Counted from the first letter of the stretch, positions 25,251-36,044 are shown. The stretch is DNA of 49,782 nt from Rhodospirillaceae bacterium (GCA_038120765.1 JAYOMI010000017.1:1-49782); one strand, 5' to 3'. A program made the numbers and translations. The notes: generated from the letters alone by a model not told the origin.

Positions 25251-28200
25251 TCGATCAGCGCGCGGATATGACGGGTGGCGACAGACAGCATCGCAAGATC
25301 GATCGTGTCGGCGCGCCTCAGGTCTTGCAGGGTCTGGTTTACCCGCGCAACATCGTGTTCCCGTGATTCTTCCCAGGCTTCCATCACCCCGGTCACCGCG
25401 GCGGCGCCGCCGGCGGTATCGATGATACGGCCTGTCAGGTTCGCCTGCTGATCGTAGAGCTCGTCCACCATCGTCGAGATGGCCATGGTCTGCCATTCGT
25501 TATCCGAACTGATCTGCTGTGCCGTTTCGCGGAGCCAGTCGAAACCGAACCGCGCGCCGATCTCGTAATAGGCCGTCGCGGTATCGCTGACACTTTCGCC
25601 GACCCGCTGGGCAATACGGACAATGTCGCAACCAGCGAACAGGACCTCAAGATGGGCGACGCCCTCGGCCAGCTTGACCGGCACATTCCTTTCAATGTAG
25701 CGGGTCGCGTTTGCATCAAGGCTCGCCGCCAGATCTTTGGACAGGTACGTGTGAAGGGATTTCGCGAGTTCCGCGATCCCAGGTTCGAAAGCTCTGACCG
25801 AATCCGACACATCAAGGTCCCGGCCCGACTTTTCGATAAACCAGATCGTGCCCCGTTTCATCAGGTTGAGAATGTCGAGGTTCAGCATTGTCTGCACCTC
25901 GGCCGGGATGACGTTATCCATTGCCTCGATCGCGGCCCAGTACTGCGCCAGCCCGAATACCCGGCGGCAGATCAGATAGGCGCGGGTAATCCTGGCCGGC
26001 GTGGCGCCTGTCTCGTCTTCGAGGTCGGTTATAAATGTGGGCCCGGCCCGGTTTACCAGGCTGTTGGTGATGTAAGTCGCGCTGATCTCGCGGCGCAGCC
26101 GGTGGCGTGGGAGATACTCGCCGTATTTCTCTGTCAGCAGGGGCGGGAAATAAAGGCCGATATCGCGTGCCAGCCAGGGATCGTCGGGCACATCGCTCGC
26201 CAGAATGTCTTCGTACAGGGTCATTTTGGCATAGGCGAGCAATACCGCGAGCTCGGGCCTGGTCAGTCCAAGCTTGCGTACCTTGCGCTCTTCAAGTTCT
26301 TCGTCGTCCGGCAGAAATTCGACTGTCCGGTCCAGCTCGCCGGATCTTTCCAGCGCGCGGATAAACTTCGCCGCTTCGCCGACCGTCTCGCCGGCCCGCG
26401 CTTCGGCATGGGTCAGGGCCATGCTCTGGCGGTAATTATCCATCAGCACGTGGGCCGCGACATCCTTGGTCATTTTCACCAGAAGCTTGTTGCGCTCTGT
26501 CAGGTCCAGTTTTCCGTCCGCGATGACCTCGCCCAGCAGAATCTTGATGTTCACTTCATGATCCGACGACGCGACACCTGCCGAATTGTCGATGAAGTCC
26601 GGGTTGAGCCGCCCGCCGCGCAGGGCGTATTCGATGCGGCCGAGCTGGGTAATACCCAGATTTGCGCCTTCGCCGATTACCTTGCATTTCAGTTCGCGTC
26701 CGTTGACGCGGAGCGGGTCGTTTACCCGGTCGCCGACGGCGGAATCGGGCTCGTCCGAGGATTTGACATAGGTACCTATGCCGCCGAACCACAAAAGGTC
26801 CGCCTCTGAAAGAAGGATCGCCCGTATCAGGTCGTTCGGCGAAATGGTCTCCTTGCCATCCAGGCTGAATACCGTGGCGATTTCCGGGGTCAGCTTGATG
26901 GATTTGGCCGACCGCTCGAAGACACCGCCGCCTTTGGAGATCAGTTTGGTATCGTAGTCCGACCAGGACGAGCGCCCCATCCTGAACAACCGGTTTCGTT
27001 CCTTCCAGCTCGATGCCGGATCGGGGTCGGGATCGATAAAGATATGCATGTGGTTGAACGCGCCGACCAGCTTGATCTTCTTGGACAGCAGCATGCCGTT
27101 GCCAAAGACGTCTCCCGACATGTCGCCGACGCCGACGACGGTAAATTCGTCGGTCTGCGTATTGATACCCATTTCGCGGAAATGCCGTTTGACGGATTCC
27201 CAGGCACCGCGGGCCGTGATGCCCATTTTTTTATGGTCGTAGCCGGCCGAACCGCCGGAGGCGAAAGCGTCATCCAGCCAGAAGCCGTAATCCCGCGCGA
27301 TACTGTTGGCGAGGTCGGAAAACGTCGCCGTGCCCTTGTCCGCAGCAACCACCAGGTAGGGATCGTCGTCGTCGCGTCGTATGACCCGCGTCGGCGGAAC
27401 GATCTTGCCGCCCTGAATGTTGTCGGTGATATCCAGCATGCCGCCGATCAGCAGGCGATAGCAGGCGATGCCTTCCTCCTGCATTGCGTCGCGGCCGCCG
27501 GATGTCGGGGGTTGTTTGAGAACGAACCCGCCCTTTGCACCGACCGGGACGATGACCGCATTCTTGGTCATCTGAGCTTTCATCAGGCCCAGAATCTCCG
27601 TGCGGAAATCCTCCCGCCGGTCGGACCAGCGTATACCGCCGCGGGCGACCTTGCCGCCGCGAAGGTGCAAACCCTCCATGCGGGGCGAGTAGACGAAAAT
27701 CTCGCGCATCGGGCGTGGCAGCGGCAGGTCCTGGACTTTGGCGCTGTCGAACTTGAAGGACACATACGATTTGGGATCGCCGTTCTCGTCCGGTTGGTAG
27801 AAATTGGTTCGCAGGGTGGATTCGACCAGATTGAGAAAGCGCCGGAGAATCCGGTCTTCATCCAGATTCTGCACGTTTTCCAGCCCGCCGGAGATACGGT
27901 TTCGCAGTCTCGTTACGTTGGATTTCTTCGCCTGATTTTCCGGATCGAAGAGCTCTTCGAACAATGAAACGATATCGCGTGCGATACCCGCATTCCGGGA
28001 CAGCGTTTCAATCATGTAGGCTTCGCTGAACGGAATACCGGCCTGGCGCAGATACTTGCTGTAGCCACGCAGTATGATGATTTGTCGCCAGCTAAGTCCG
28101 CTGGAAGCGACCATTGCATTGAAACCGTCGTTTTCGACCTCGTTGTTCCAGACGCGATGAAAGGTTTCTTCGAAGGCTTCCTTGATTCCGTCCACATCGA

Positions 28201-30082
28201 TTTTCGAATCATCCGGCGTGACCATGCCGAAATCGTGTGTCCAGACGCATTGATCCCGGTCGACGCGGATTTCATGCGGAATCTCGTCGATTACCCGCAG
28301 CCCCATATTCTCGAGCATTGGCAGAACATCCGACAAGGGCACGGCTTCTCCCTTATTGAACATCTTGAAGCGAACAGAGGATTGCGCATTTCCATTCGCC
28401 CGGAAAAGATCCATCGCGATATCGCCCGTCTCGATCACGTGATCTATCTTGTCGATGTCATGGACGGCCCTGATCGCGGAGGTCCGGTCCCGGTAAACCG
28501 CCGGGAAGGCATTGCGATAGCGCTCGAAGGCGGCCACGCCTGCATTCTCGCCATGCGCTGCTGCAAGCGCATGCGCCAGGTCGTCCGCCCAGTCGCGCGC
28601 GGCATCGACGACGTCGGCTTCGACCTCCTCGATTTTCTTGGGGAACGGCTTCCCGGGCTCGGTTTTCACGATGAAATGCAGCCGGGCCAGAACTTCGTCT
28701 GAAAGCTGGGTATAGAATGCCGTTACCTCGCCGCCGAATCCGGCAGCCAGCACATCCTGCAGCTGCCGGCGAAGCCGGGTGGTGTATCGTTCGCGCGGCA
28801 CATAGACGAGGCAGGATATATAGCGTCCAAACGGATCCCGCCGGACGAACAGTGCGGCTTTCTGACGTTCCTGCAAGTGCAGAATGCCGGTTGCCATGTC
28901 GCTCAGTTCGGCCGCATCTATCTGGAAAAGCTCGTCCCGCGGCAGGGTCTCGAGAATATGGGTCAGCGCCTTGCCGTCGTGCCCATTCGGCGAGAAGCCC
29001 GAGTCCTCGACCACCTTGCGTACTTTGCGGCGGATCACGGGGATCGCCTGTACCTGTTGGGTATAGACGGTCGAGGTAAACAGCCCGACGAACAAACGCT
29101 GGCCTACGGTATTGCCGCGGGAATCGAATTTCTTCACCATGACGGTGTCGAGATGAACGCCCCGATGAACGGTCGATCGCTGATTTGCTTTATTGATCAG
29201 GACCAGTGTGGAGTGTTTCATGAAAGCGGCGAGGTCGGGCGGAAGGACCGCACCGTCCGTGATCCCCTCGATCACGGTTACCTTGTTGTCCCGCAGGAGG
29301 CCGAGGCCGGAGAGCGGCACGATCGACAATGTCTGTTTTTTGGTCCCGCCCTTGCAGGCGTAATCCCGGTATCCCAGAAACGTAAAGTGATTGTCGTCGA
29401 GCCAGCGGAGGAACGCCGCACTTTCGTCGATTTCCGCCTTCGGCACATTTCCTGTTTGCAGGGTTGAATCCAGCTCCGCTATCACATCGGCGATACGTAC
29501 CCGCATTGGCCGCCAGTCTTCCACCGCGGCCCGGACATCCTGCAGAACACTTGTCAGCGACCTTGCCAGCTCCTTGAGCATGCCGGCATCGGTTTGTTCC
29601 GTGATCTGCAGGTGCATGACGGATTCGACATTGGCGTCCGCCATGTCGCTGGTCTTGGCGACTTCAGACAGTTTCCCCGTCGCACTGCGCTTGATCGCGT
29701 AGACCGGGTGAATGATCAGATGGACTGTCAGGTTTCGACGGTTGAGTTCTGCGGTAACCGAATCGACCAGGAAGGGCATATCGTCATTGACGATTTCGAC
29801 GACTGTATGGGGGCATGCCCAGCCGTCTTTTTTCGGGTCCGGGTTGAATACCCGTATCCTGGCGGCACCGGGCTTGCGCGTCTGCGCGTATTTCCATAGC
29901 GAAGATACCGCGCCCTGAAGGCAATCGAACCCGGTCTCCTCGCAGTCCGTCGGTGACACATTCGCGAAAAACTGTTGGGTAAACCGGTCGATATCGCCCG
30001 CGCGTTTTCCGGCGCCGCGCCGCAATTTGCGGGCAATTTGATCGACCAGTTTCTGCTTCTTGCTGTCTTCGTTATTGGACAT
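25244..30082 (-). CDS. Large (about 180 kDa class) NAD-specific glutamate dehydrogenase
   Basis: About 1612 aa. The central GDH catalytic-domain blocks GGIRWSDR, KGGFV and GGSAGYDHKKMGITARGAW are present. The ATG at 30082 (MSNNEDSKK) is preferred over the TTG at 30127. Confidence 0.9.
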   Translation of the reverse strand: MSNNEDSKKQKLVDQIARKLRRGAGKRAGDIDRFTQQFFANVSPTDCEETGFDCLQGAVSSLWKYAQTRKPGAARIRVFNPDPKKDGWACPHTVVEIVNDDMPFLVDSVTAELNRRNLTVHLIIHPVYAIKRSATGKLSEVAKTSDMADANVESVMHLQITEQTDAGMLKELARSLTSVLQDVRAAVEDWRPMRVRIADVIAELDSTLQTGNVPKAEIDESAAFLRWLDDNHFTFLGYRDYACKGGTKKQTLSIVPLSGLGLLRDNKVTVIEGITDGAVLPPDLAAFMKHSTLVLINKANQRSTVHRGVHLDTVMVKKFDSRGNTVGQRLFVGLFTSTVYTQQVQAIPVIRRKVRKVVEDSGFSPNGHDGKALTHILETLPRDELFQIDAAELSDMATGILHLQERQKAALFVRRDPFGRYISCLVYVPRERYTTRLRRQLQDVLAAGFGGEVTAFYTQLSDEVLARLHFIVKTEPGKPFPKKIEEVEADVVDAARDWADDLAHALAAAHGENAGVAAFERYRNAFPAVYRDRTSAIRAVHDIDKIDHVIETGDIAMDLFRANGNAQSSVRFKMFNKGEAVPLSDVLPMLENMGLRVIDEIPHEIRVDRDQCVWTHDFGMVTPDDSKIDVDGIKEAFEETFHRVWNNEVENDGFNAMVASSGLSWRQIIILRGYSKYLRQAGIPFSEAYMIETLSRNAGIARDIVSLFEELFDPENQAKKSNVTRLRNRISGGLENVQNLDEDRILRRFLNLVESTLRTNFYQPDENGDPKSYVSFKFDSAKVQDLPLPRPMREIFVYSPRMEGLHLRGGKVARGGIRWSDRREDFRTEILGLMKAQMTKNAVIVPVGAKGGFVLKQPPTSGGRDAMQEEGIACYRLLIGGMLDITDNIQGGKIVPPTRVIRRDDDDPYLVVAADKGTATFSDLANSIARDYGFWLDDAFASGGSAGYDHKKMGITARGAWESVKRHFREMGINTQTDEFTVVGVGDMSGDVFGNGMLLSKKIKLVGAFNHMHIFIDPDPDPASSWKERNRLFRMGRSSWSDYDTKLISKGGGVFERSAKSIKLTPEIATVFSLDGKETISPNDLIRAILLSEADLLWFGGIGTYVKSSDEPDSAVGDRVNDPLRVNGRELKCKVIGEGANLGITQLGRIEYALRGGRLNPDFIDNSAGVASSDHEVNIKILLGEVIADGKLDLTERNKLLVKMTKDVAAHVLMDNYRQSMALTHAEARAGETVGEAAKFIRALERSGELDRTVEFLPDDEELEERKVRKLGLTRPELAVLLAYAKMTLYEDILASDVPDDPWLARDIGLYFPPLLTEKYGEYLPRHRLRREISATYITNSLVNRAGPTFITDLEDETGATPARITRAYLICRRVFGLAQYWAAIEAMDNVIPAEVQTMLNLDILNLMKRGTIWFIEKSGRDLDVSDSVRAFEPGIAELAKSLHTYLSKDLAASLDANATRYIERNVPVKLAEGVAHLEVLFAGCDIVRIAQRVGESVSDTATAYYEIGARFGFDWLRETAQQISSDNEWQTMAISTMVDELYDQQANLTGRIIDTAGGAAAVTGVMEAWEESREHDVARVNQTLQDLRRADTIDLAMLSVATRHIRALIEG

Positions 30083-30257
30083 CGGAATTTCCAGACGGAT
30101 ATTGGCGGGACGGGGCAGCCATCGCAAAGTGGCCCAATGGGCGCCCGGCAGGTCGGTGACACATCTCGAATATGGCCATTGGTATACCAGAAATTAACCA
30201 ATTTATTGTGAAGTGTTCGTTAACTCTCCCGATAGACCTCCTGACCACGAGGAAACG

Positions 30258-30638
30258 ATGCCGGACGGCTCCTATCCATCAGCCCCATTTGCAGCAGACG
30301 TCGCCCCCAGCTACTCAATCCTTGATCGTCTGCCGCCGGATGTTCTCGGCAGTCTGAGTGCGGAGCAGCGCGCCGCCATCGCGGTCGCTTCCGGCGACTG
30401 GAAGAACGGCTTCCACCGCGTAAATATCCGGTTCACCCTGCCCCTGCTGCCAAAGCGTTGGTATGTGACCGTTCTCGGCGGGCCGGAGCGGCGCACGGTC
30501 GAACGTCGCAGGATCGAGCGGGCCCGGAATCCCTTGCGCACCGCCGGCAACATGGCGTTCATTTTTGTCACGGCGCTGATTTTCTATGGCGTCGGCGCGG
30601 CCGCCCTCCTGTTTTCGTCTTCGGTCATCGCCTTCTGA
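30258..30638 (+). CDS. Hypothetical protein with C-terminal TM helix
   Basis: ATG at 30258 preceded by GAGGA. The C-terminus MAFIFVTALIFYGVGAAALLFSSSVIAF is hydrophobic. I recognise no family motif. Confidence 0.4.
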   Translation: MPDGSYPSAPFAADVAPSYSILDRLPPDVLGSLSAEQRAAIAVASGDWKNGFHRVNIRFTLPLLPKRWYVTVLGGPERRTVERRRIERARNPLRTAGNMAFIFVTALIFYGVGAAALLFSSSVIAF

Positions 30639-30787
30639 CGGGCAGTGCCCGGTCACATATCTCCGCCGAGGAAATCTAATTTCCGTCTGACAGCGATGTC
30701 TTGCATCCGCCCCTGACCCATGGGATGTAGCATTGATGACGGACGCTTTGCCGCGTTCTTCCCGCAAACCACCCGGCTTTTCGCCCG

Positions 30788-32134
30788 ATGAACACGTTTT
30801 CCCGGATTTTCCGGTCGGAACCCCTTTTATTCGTTCTCTGGGCGAACGAGCTTCTGCGCCTGGTATGGTCGCCTCCCGAACTCCAGGAAGCTGCCGGATG
30901 GCTGATGTTAATCTATGTCGTGATGTCGATCAGACGGGTGCGCCGGGGCACGATTATTCTCTGCGTTCCCCTGGCCACTCTGGCGATTGTCCTCGCTGTT
31001 GCGTTCGATGAATGGGCAGGCGTCATGAGGGGGTTTCAGAACGGCGCGGTCTTCATGGCATTCTTCGGCACGATTGTCCTGCTGCGGGCGATCGCCGATC
31101 AGCGTCCCGAAATATCGAAAGCGCGGTCGTTGTTCGCCGGTCTGCGTACTCGGGAGATCAACGGCGCCTTTCTCGTGGGCGCCCATCTCATCGGATCGGT
31201 TCTGGTGGTCGGCGTTATGGCCGTTCTGGCGCCGATCCTGAAAGACGATGTGGACGATGTGACTCGCCGGCGCGCCGCGGAGGTAAGCCAGCGCGGCATG
31301 TGTCTGGCGCCGCTCTGGTCGCCATTCTGGGTCGCTGCCGCCTTTGCCGCCCAACAGATTCCCGGCGTTCCCGCATGGCAGATAATGTTGCTGGGCCTGG
31401 GTATGGCGGCTGTCGGACTCGTGTTGGCGCATCTGATGTATGCACGCGGTGTCGGCTTGCGGGATTTGTGGCGGGCTGTGACGGGATTTGCGCCCATCGT
31501 GCCGTCCGTCGCCGCATGCGCGCTGATGATCGCGGGCCTCTCGAGCGTCGCAGGGCTCACCACCCTGCAGGCGCTTATTGCAGCCATACCGGTGCTCGCA
31601 TCGGTCATGCTGCTGACGACCCGGGGCACCGCGACCCGTCGCGCAAGAACGCGGGTTGTCGCGGCGGATACATGGCGGGGCAGCAGCCGCGTCTGTGACG
31701 AGATCATCGTTGTGACCACCGCGCTGATCCTGGGGAGGGCGCTCGAAGCGGCGATGCAGCGCGGAGGCGTCGGCGATCTGGTCGGGGCGCTGGCATTGCC
31801 GCCGTGGGCGGTTATCGCCTGCGTAATCGGCACGATCACGCTTTTATCGCTTGTCTGCATCCATCAGGTGGTATCGATCATTCTGGTTCTGGTGGTGTTC
31901 ATGCCGTTGGATACGGGTGTCGCCAATGTTGTGATGATGGAGGCCGCGTTGATCGGCTGGGGTTTTGCCTCGATGGTCGGCGTCACCGCAGTATCGACGG
32001 CGACGGCGAGCGCGATGTTCCGTGTACCGCGCATACAGTTGATCTTCGGACCCAACCTGATTTTTGTTTTTGCCTTCGGCACGTTGTCCATCGTCCTGCT
32101 GACGCTGGTGAACGTTCTAATTTCCGCGGCGTGA
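30788..32134 (+). CDS. Polytopic inner-membrane protein of unknown function
   Basis: 448 aa with about 10-12 hydrophobic segments. I recognise no signature motif. Confidence 0.5.
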   Translation: MNTFSRIFRSEPLLFVLWANELLRLVWSPPELQEAAGWLMLIYVVMSIRRVRRGTIILCVPLATLAIVLAVAFDEWAGVMRGFQNGAVFMAFFGTIVLLRAIADQRPEISKARSLFAGLRTREINGAFLVGAHLIGSVLVVGVMAVLAPILKDDVDDVTRRRAAEVSQRGMCLAPLWSPFWVAAAFAAQQIPGVPAWQIMLLGLGMAAVGLVLAHLMYARGVGLRDLWRAVTGFAPIVPSVAACALMIAGLSSVAGLTTLQALIAAIPVLASVMLLTTRGTATRRARTRVVAADTWRGSSRVCDEIIVVTTALILGRALEAAMQRGGVGDLVGALALPPWAVIACVIGTITLLSLVCIHQVVSIILVLVVFMPLDTGVANVVMMEAALIGWGFASMVGVTAVSTATASAMFRVPRIQLIFGPNLIFVFAFGTLSIVLLTLVNVLISAA

Positions 32135-32239
32135 TGCGGGGTCGGTGAGGCCGCGCTGGGTGCCCTGCCCTCAAACGCTCACCGATGGGCCCGGAACAGA
32201 TGAACCTGTAGAAATCTCATGTATGTTTTATGGGGAAAT

Positions 32240-32314
32240 TGGAGCGGGTGATGAGATTCGAACTCACGACTTCAACCTTGGCAAGGTTGCGCTCTACCCC
32301 TGAGCTACACCCGC
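32240..32314 (-). tRNA. tRNA-Gly (anticodon GCC), CCA encoded
   Basis: The reverse complement GCGGGTGTAGCTCAGGGGTAGAGCGCAACCTTGCCAAGGTTGAAGTCGTGAGTTCGAATCTCATCACCCGCTCCA folds by hand into a cloverleaf: 7-bp acceptor stem, GCTC/GAGC D stem, CAACC/GGTTG anticodon stem, and TTGCCAA loop. Confidence 0.9.
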
Positions 32315-32334
32315 ATCCTGAGAAAGCGCCGCAA

Positions 32335-32363
32335 TATATATGAGGGTGGCCCCGCGATGGCAA
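32335..32363 (-). promoter_or_regulatory. Candidate sigma-70 promoter for tRNA-Gly
   Basis: On the minus strand: TTGCCA (32363..32358), a 17-nt spacer, then TATATA (32340..32335). The -10 element ends about 20 nt upstream of the mature tRNA 5' end. Confidence 0.3.
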
Positions 32364-32595
32364 GAGGTCTTTGAAATTCCTTTTTGCACGGCTTGTGCCG
32401 GAAGAGCCGGTGCGCCGGGTCGGTCCGGGCCTCCTATCGTCCCATCAGGCAGCTTCTCCAACCCTGGCGGTCGCCGGGAAGCTTGAAAAGCCCTTAAAAA
32501 ACGGCCCAAAAGCCTTGTCAGAGTGCCCCTGAGGAGCCATTTTCAGAATACGCGAAAGCCTGAACGGCACGGTTTTCGAAAATAGGGCAAGAAAT

Positions 32596-33522
32596 ATGGA
32601 ACAGATGATCAATCCAGGCGCCGCCGCGGGCGGCGCGGCAGCGGGCGATGTAATCAAGGACGTCACGATGGAGACATTCCAGCGGGATGTGCTGGAAGCT
32701 TCAATGACGACTCCTGTCATCGTCGATTTCTGGGCGACGTGGTGTGGTCCCTGCAAGCAGCTCACGCCGACACTCGAAAAAGTGGTTCGAGAGGCGGGCG
32801 GCGCGGTCATCCTGGCGAAGATCGACATCGACCAGAATCAGGCTCTTGCGCAGCAGATGCGTATCCAGTCAGTGCCGACAGTTTACGGTTTTGTCGGCGG
32901 CAAGCCTGTGGATGGATTCCAGGGCGCTCAGCCGGAAAGCCAGGTGAAGGCGTTCGTCGACAAGCTTGCACAGGCGGCCGGGACCACCCGGCATGATCCA
33001 TTGGCCGATGCGTTGGCGCAGGCCGGCGAACTGCTTCTTGCCGGGCAGTTTGAAGGCGCTGCGGGGATTTACGGTCAGGTGGTCAGCCACGCGCCAGACA
33101 ATGTTGACGGTCTGGGCGGGCTCGCGCGCGCGCTCGTCGGGCTTGGCGAACTGGATCAGGCATCGGAGATCCTGGCACAGGTACCGGAAGATCAGAGGGA
33201 TCATCCTGACGTCGCCGCGGCGCAGACGGCGCTTGACCTGGCGCGGCAGAGCGAGGCTGTCGGCGATTTATCGCTCCTTGAAGAGGCAGTCGCCGCCGAT
33301 CCGAAAAATCATCAGGCGCGTCTTGATCTTGCGGTCGGCCTGTTTGGGTCCGGTCGCCGCGAAGAGGCCATAGATCATCTGGTAGAGAGCATGAAAATCG
33401 ATCGCACGTGGAATGAGGACGCAGCGCGACAGCAGCTCATAAAATTCTTCGACACGATGAGCCCGACCGACGAAGCGACGATTGCCGGTCGCCGCAAAAT
33501 GTCGGCCGTTCTTTTTTCATGA
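32596..33522 (+). CDS. Thioredoxin-domain plus TPR protein (YbbN/CnoX-like)
   Basis: VIVDFWATWCGPCKQL (WCGPC active site) followed by a helical TPR-like C-terminal half. Confidence 0.85.
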   Translation: MEQMINPGAAAGGAAAGDVIKDVTMETFQRDVLEASMTTPVIVDFWATWCGPCKQLTPTLEKVVREAGGAVILAKIDIDQNQALAQQMRIQSVPTVYGFVGGKPVDGFQGAQPESQVKAFVDKLAQAAGTTRHDPLADALAQAGELLLAGQFEGAAGIYGQVVSHAPDNVDGLGGLARALVGLGELDQASEILAQVPEDQRDHPDVAAAQTALDLARQSEAVGDLSLLEEAVAADPKNHQARLDLAVGLFGSGRREEAIDHLVESMKIDRTWNEDAARQQLIKFFDTMSPTDEATIAGRRKMSAVLFS

Positions 33523-34178
33523 CCGGGGTTTTCGACCCTCTTTTTGACGACCTGCCCGGGGAGATACCGGTTTTTCCCCTCACCGGCGTTTTGCTTCTTC
33601 CGCAGGGAAAACTGCCGCTGAATATTTTTGAGCCCCGCTATCTGAACATGATCAACGCAGCGCTTGGCGGCGACCGGATGATCGGTATGGTGCAGCCCAA
33701 AGGTCCGAATGAAGGCGACCAGCCGGAGATTTACCGGACCGGTTGTGCCGGGCGCATTACATCGTTCAACGAATCGGAGGACGGCCGTTATCTCATCACG
33801 CTGACCGGGTTCATCCGCTTCAATATCGCCCGAGAACTGCCGCTGCGTGACGGCTACCGTGTGGTTGTGCCGGATTGGTCCGCATACCGGAACGATCTCA
33901 CGGAAGAAACCGGTGCGGGCATGAGCCGGGACAGAATGCTGCGCGCGTTGAAGGGCTATTTCGAGGTCAACAAGGTCGATGCGAACTGGGACGCCATCAA
34001 AGAGACAGCCACCGACCGTCTGGTGAATGCGCTTGCGATGATGTGTCCATTCCAGCCGAGCGAAAAGCAGGCCCTGTTGGAAGCCCCGACCCTGGCCGAC
34101 AGGGCGAACGTGATGGTCGCATTGCTTGAGATGTCGCTCGCGGCGAACGATGATTCCGCAAATCTCCACAGAAACTGA
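33519..34178 (+). CDS. LON peptidase substrate-binding (N-terminal) domain protein
   Basis: [30 protein letters not shown] is the typical Lon N-domain opening. ATGA overlap with the upstream gene. Confidence 0.8.
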   Translation: MTGVFDPLFDDLPGEIPVFPLTGVLLLPQGKLPLNIFEPRYLNMINAALGGDRMIGMVQPKGPNEGDQPEIYRTGCAGRITSFNESEDGRYLITLTGFIRFNIARELPLRDGYRVVVPDWSAYRNDLTEETGAGMSRDRMLRALKGYFEVNKVDANWDAIKETATDRLVNALAMMCPFQPSEKQALLEAPTLADRANVMVALLEMSLAANDDSANLHRN

Positions 34179-34192
34179 AAACCAGCAACCGG

Positions 34193-34396
34193 GTGCAGAA
34201 TATGAGCGACGAAAAAACGGGAATCGATCCCAAGCTTCTTGAAATACTCGTTTGTCCGCTGACCAAGGGTCCGCTGACATACGATCGGGATGCGCAGGAA
34301 CTGGTCAGCAAGCAGGCACAGCTCGCCTATCCGATCCGAGACGGCATTCCGATCATGCTCGTTGACGAGGCGCGGCAGCTCGATGCGTCTTCCTGA
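34193..34396 (+). CDS. Trm112 family protein
   Basis: Contains [16 protein letters not shown] and [15 protein letters not shown]. The likely start is the ATG at 34202. Confidence 0.8.
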   Translation: MQNMSDEKTGIDPKLLEILVCPLTKGPLTYDRDAQELVSKQAQLAYPIRDGIPIMLVDEARQLDASS

Positions 34397-34404
34397 CGCC
34401 GGGG

Positions 34405-34773
34405 ATGGATAACAATACCGGGCCATGGCCGACCGATATAAAGGTCCGGCGTGCCGAAAAATCCCTCGACATCGTCTTTAACGATGGGGCCGCCTTTTCA
34501 TTGCCGGCGGAATACCTTCGTGTCGAGAGTCCCTCTGCCGAGGTTCAGGGGCATGGGCCGGGACAAAAGGTTCTGGTGGCCGGCCGGCGGCATGTCGGCA
34601 TCGCGGATGTCGAAACGGTCGGCAATTACGCCATCCGTATCATTTTCGACGACCTGCACGACACCGGCATATTTTCGTGGCGTTATCTTTATCAGCTTGG
34701 CGCTGAGCAGGATGTTCGCTGGCCTGCATTCGTTGCGGCACTGGAAGCCGCCGGGCTGAGCCGGGACCCCTGA
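34405..34773 (+). CDS. DUF971 (gamma-butyrobetaine hydroxylase-like N-terminal domain) protein
   Basis: LDIVFNDGAAFSLPAEYLRVESPSAE...GNYAIRIIFDDLHDTGIFSWRYLYQLG follows the DUF971 pattern. Confidence 0.65.
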   Translation: MDNNTGPWPTDIKVRRAEKSLDIVFNDGAAFSLPAEYLRVESPSAEVQGHGPGQKVLVAGRRHVGIADVETVGNYAIRIIFDDLHDTGIFSWRYLYQLGAEQDVRWPAFVAALEAAGLSRDP

Positions 34774-34829
34774 ATCCAATGCAGGATCACGTTATGGCCG
34801 GCCGGCCTGTTCGGTCCGTCGCGTGATAT

Positions 34830-36044
34830 TCAGAGCGGCTCGCCGCGGGTAAGACGGGGCAGATCGCCGATCAGCCCCATGGCATGGCGCATGAAGACTT
34901 TCTTCAGGGGAGGCATCTGATCGACAGCCGCAAGGCCGATGTCCCGGGCGATGCGCAGCGGCGTGATATCATTGGAAAACAGGCGGTTCAGGATGTCGGT
35001 GACGCCGATCATCATCATGTTGTCCGGTTTGCGCCAGCGTTCGTAGCGTTCGAGCGCCGTCATGGCGCCGGGGTCGAGACCGAGCCGGAGCGTGTCCATG
35101 ATCACTTCAGCAAGGGCGGCAACATCGCGCAGGCCGATATTGAAACCCTGTCCCGCGATCGGGTGGATGGCGTGCGCGGAATCACCCGCCAGCGCCAGCC
35201 GAGGCGCAATATAGCGTTTCGAATGGACCACCGATAACGGGTAGGACCAGCGCGTCGGCCCGATATCGATCCTGCCCAGAAAGTGGCCGAAACGGCGACG
35301 CAATTCGTCGGCGAAGGCTTCATTGTCCAGGGCGAGAATGGCCGGCGCCAGATCATTCCGTTCCGTCCAGACGATCGACGAGCGGTTTTCGGTCATCGGC
35401 AGAATCGCAAAAGGACCGGCCGGCAGAAAATGCTCCTGGGCGATGCCGTGATGCGGCACCTCGTGATGCACCGCGCAGACGATTCCGGTCTGGGGATAAT
35501 GCCAGCGAACCGCATCGATGCCCGCGGCGTCGCGGAGCGGGGAGTCGCGCCCGTCTGCGGCGACAACCAGCCGCGCCGTGATTCTTTGTCCATCCGCCAG
35601 TTCCAGCGCGGCTGCGTCTTCGCCGAAAATGCAGCCGGCAAGTTCGGTGCCGTCGAATATCCGGAGGCTGGTCTCTTCCGCCGCCGCCGCAAGAGCGCGC
35701 CGGGTAACGGCGTTCTCGACAATCCAGCCGAGCGGGCCGTCGCCGATCTCCTTATGGTCGTAATGAAGGAAGAGGGGAGAGGAGCCGTCCGCAACACGGA
35801 TTTCGAGTATCGGCTCTGCCTGCTCCGCGACGCGGTCCCAAAGGCCCAGGCCATCCAGAATGCGCTGCGAGCCCGCGGCAATAGCCGAACCGCGACCGTC
35901 AAACTGCGCCGCAGCCATATCGGAAAGCCTGGCCCGCTCTATCAGGGCAACCGGCACACCCGCCCGGGCAAGCCCGAGGGAGAGGCTTAACCCCACCATG
36001 CCGCCGCCCACGACGACCACGTCGAACGAATTTTTCTTCATCAA
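34830..36044 (-). CDS. UbiH/UbiF/VisC/COQ6 family FAD-dependent ubiquinone-biosynthesis hydroxylase
   Basis: Contains FDVVVVGGGMVGLSLSLGLARAG (GxGxxG), LVVAADGRDSPLR, and GDSAHAIHPIAGQGFNIGLRD. Confidence 0.85.
   Translation of the reverse strand: MMKKNSFDVVVVGGGMVGLSLSLGLARAGVPVALIERARLSDMAAAQFDGRGSAIAAGSQRILDGLGLWDRVAEQAEPILEIRVADGSSPLFLHYDHKEIGDGPLGWIVENAVTRRALAAAAEETSLRIFDGTELAGCIFGEDAAALELADGQRITARLVVAADGRDSPLRDAAGIDAVRWHYPQTGIVCAVHHEVPHHGIAQEHFLPAGPFAILPMTENRSSIVWTERNDLAPAILALDNEAFADELRRRFGHFLGRIDIGPTRWSYPLSVVHSKRYIAPRLALAGDSAHAIHPIAGQGFNIGLRDVAALAEVIMDTLRLGLDPGAMTALERYERWRKPDNMMMIGVTDILNRLFSNDITPLRIARDIGLAAVDQMPPLKKVFMRHAMGLIGDLPRLTRGEPL

Noticed and set aside
25652-28702. Series of + strand ORFs (385, 307 and 206 aa) antisense to the large glutamate dehydrogenase gene
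   Set aside because: They tile the opposite strand of a continuous 1612-codon gene with clear GDH motifs. Their translations are degenerate, so they are treated as shadow ORFs.
32240-32314. tRNA-Gly as a possible genomic-island integration site
   Set aside because: There is no integrase gene on either side. I could find no direct repeat of the tRNA 3' end nearby, and the flanking genes have host-like GC.
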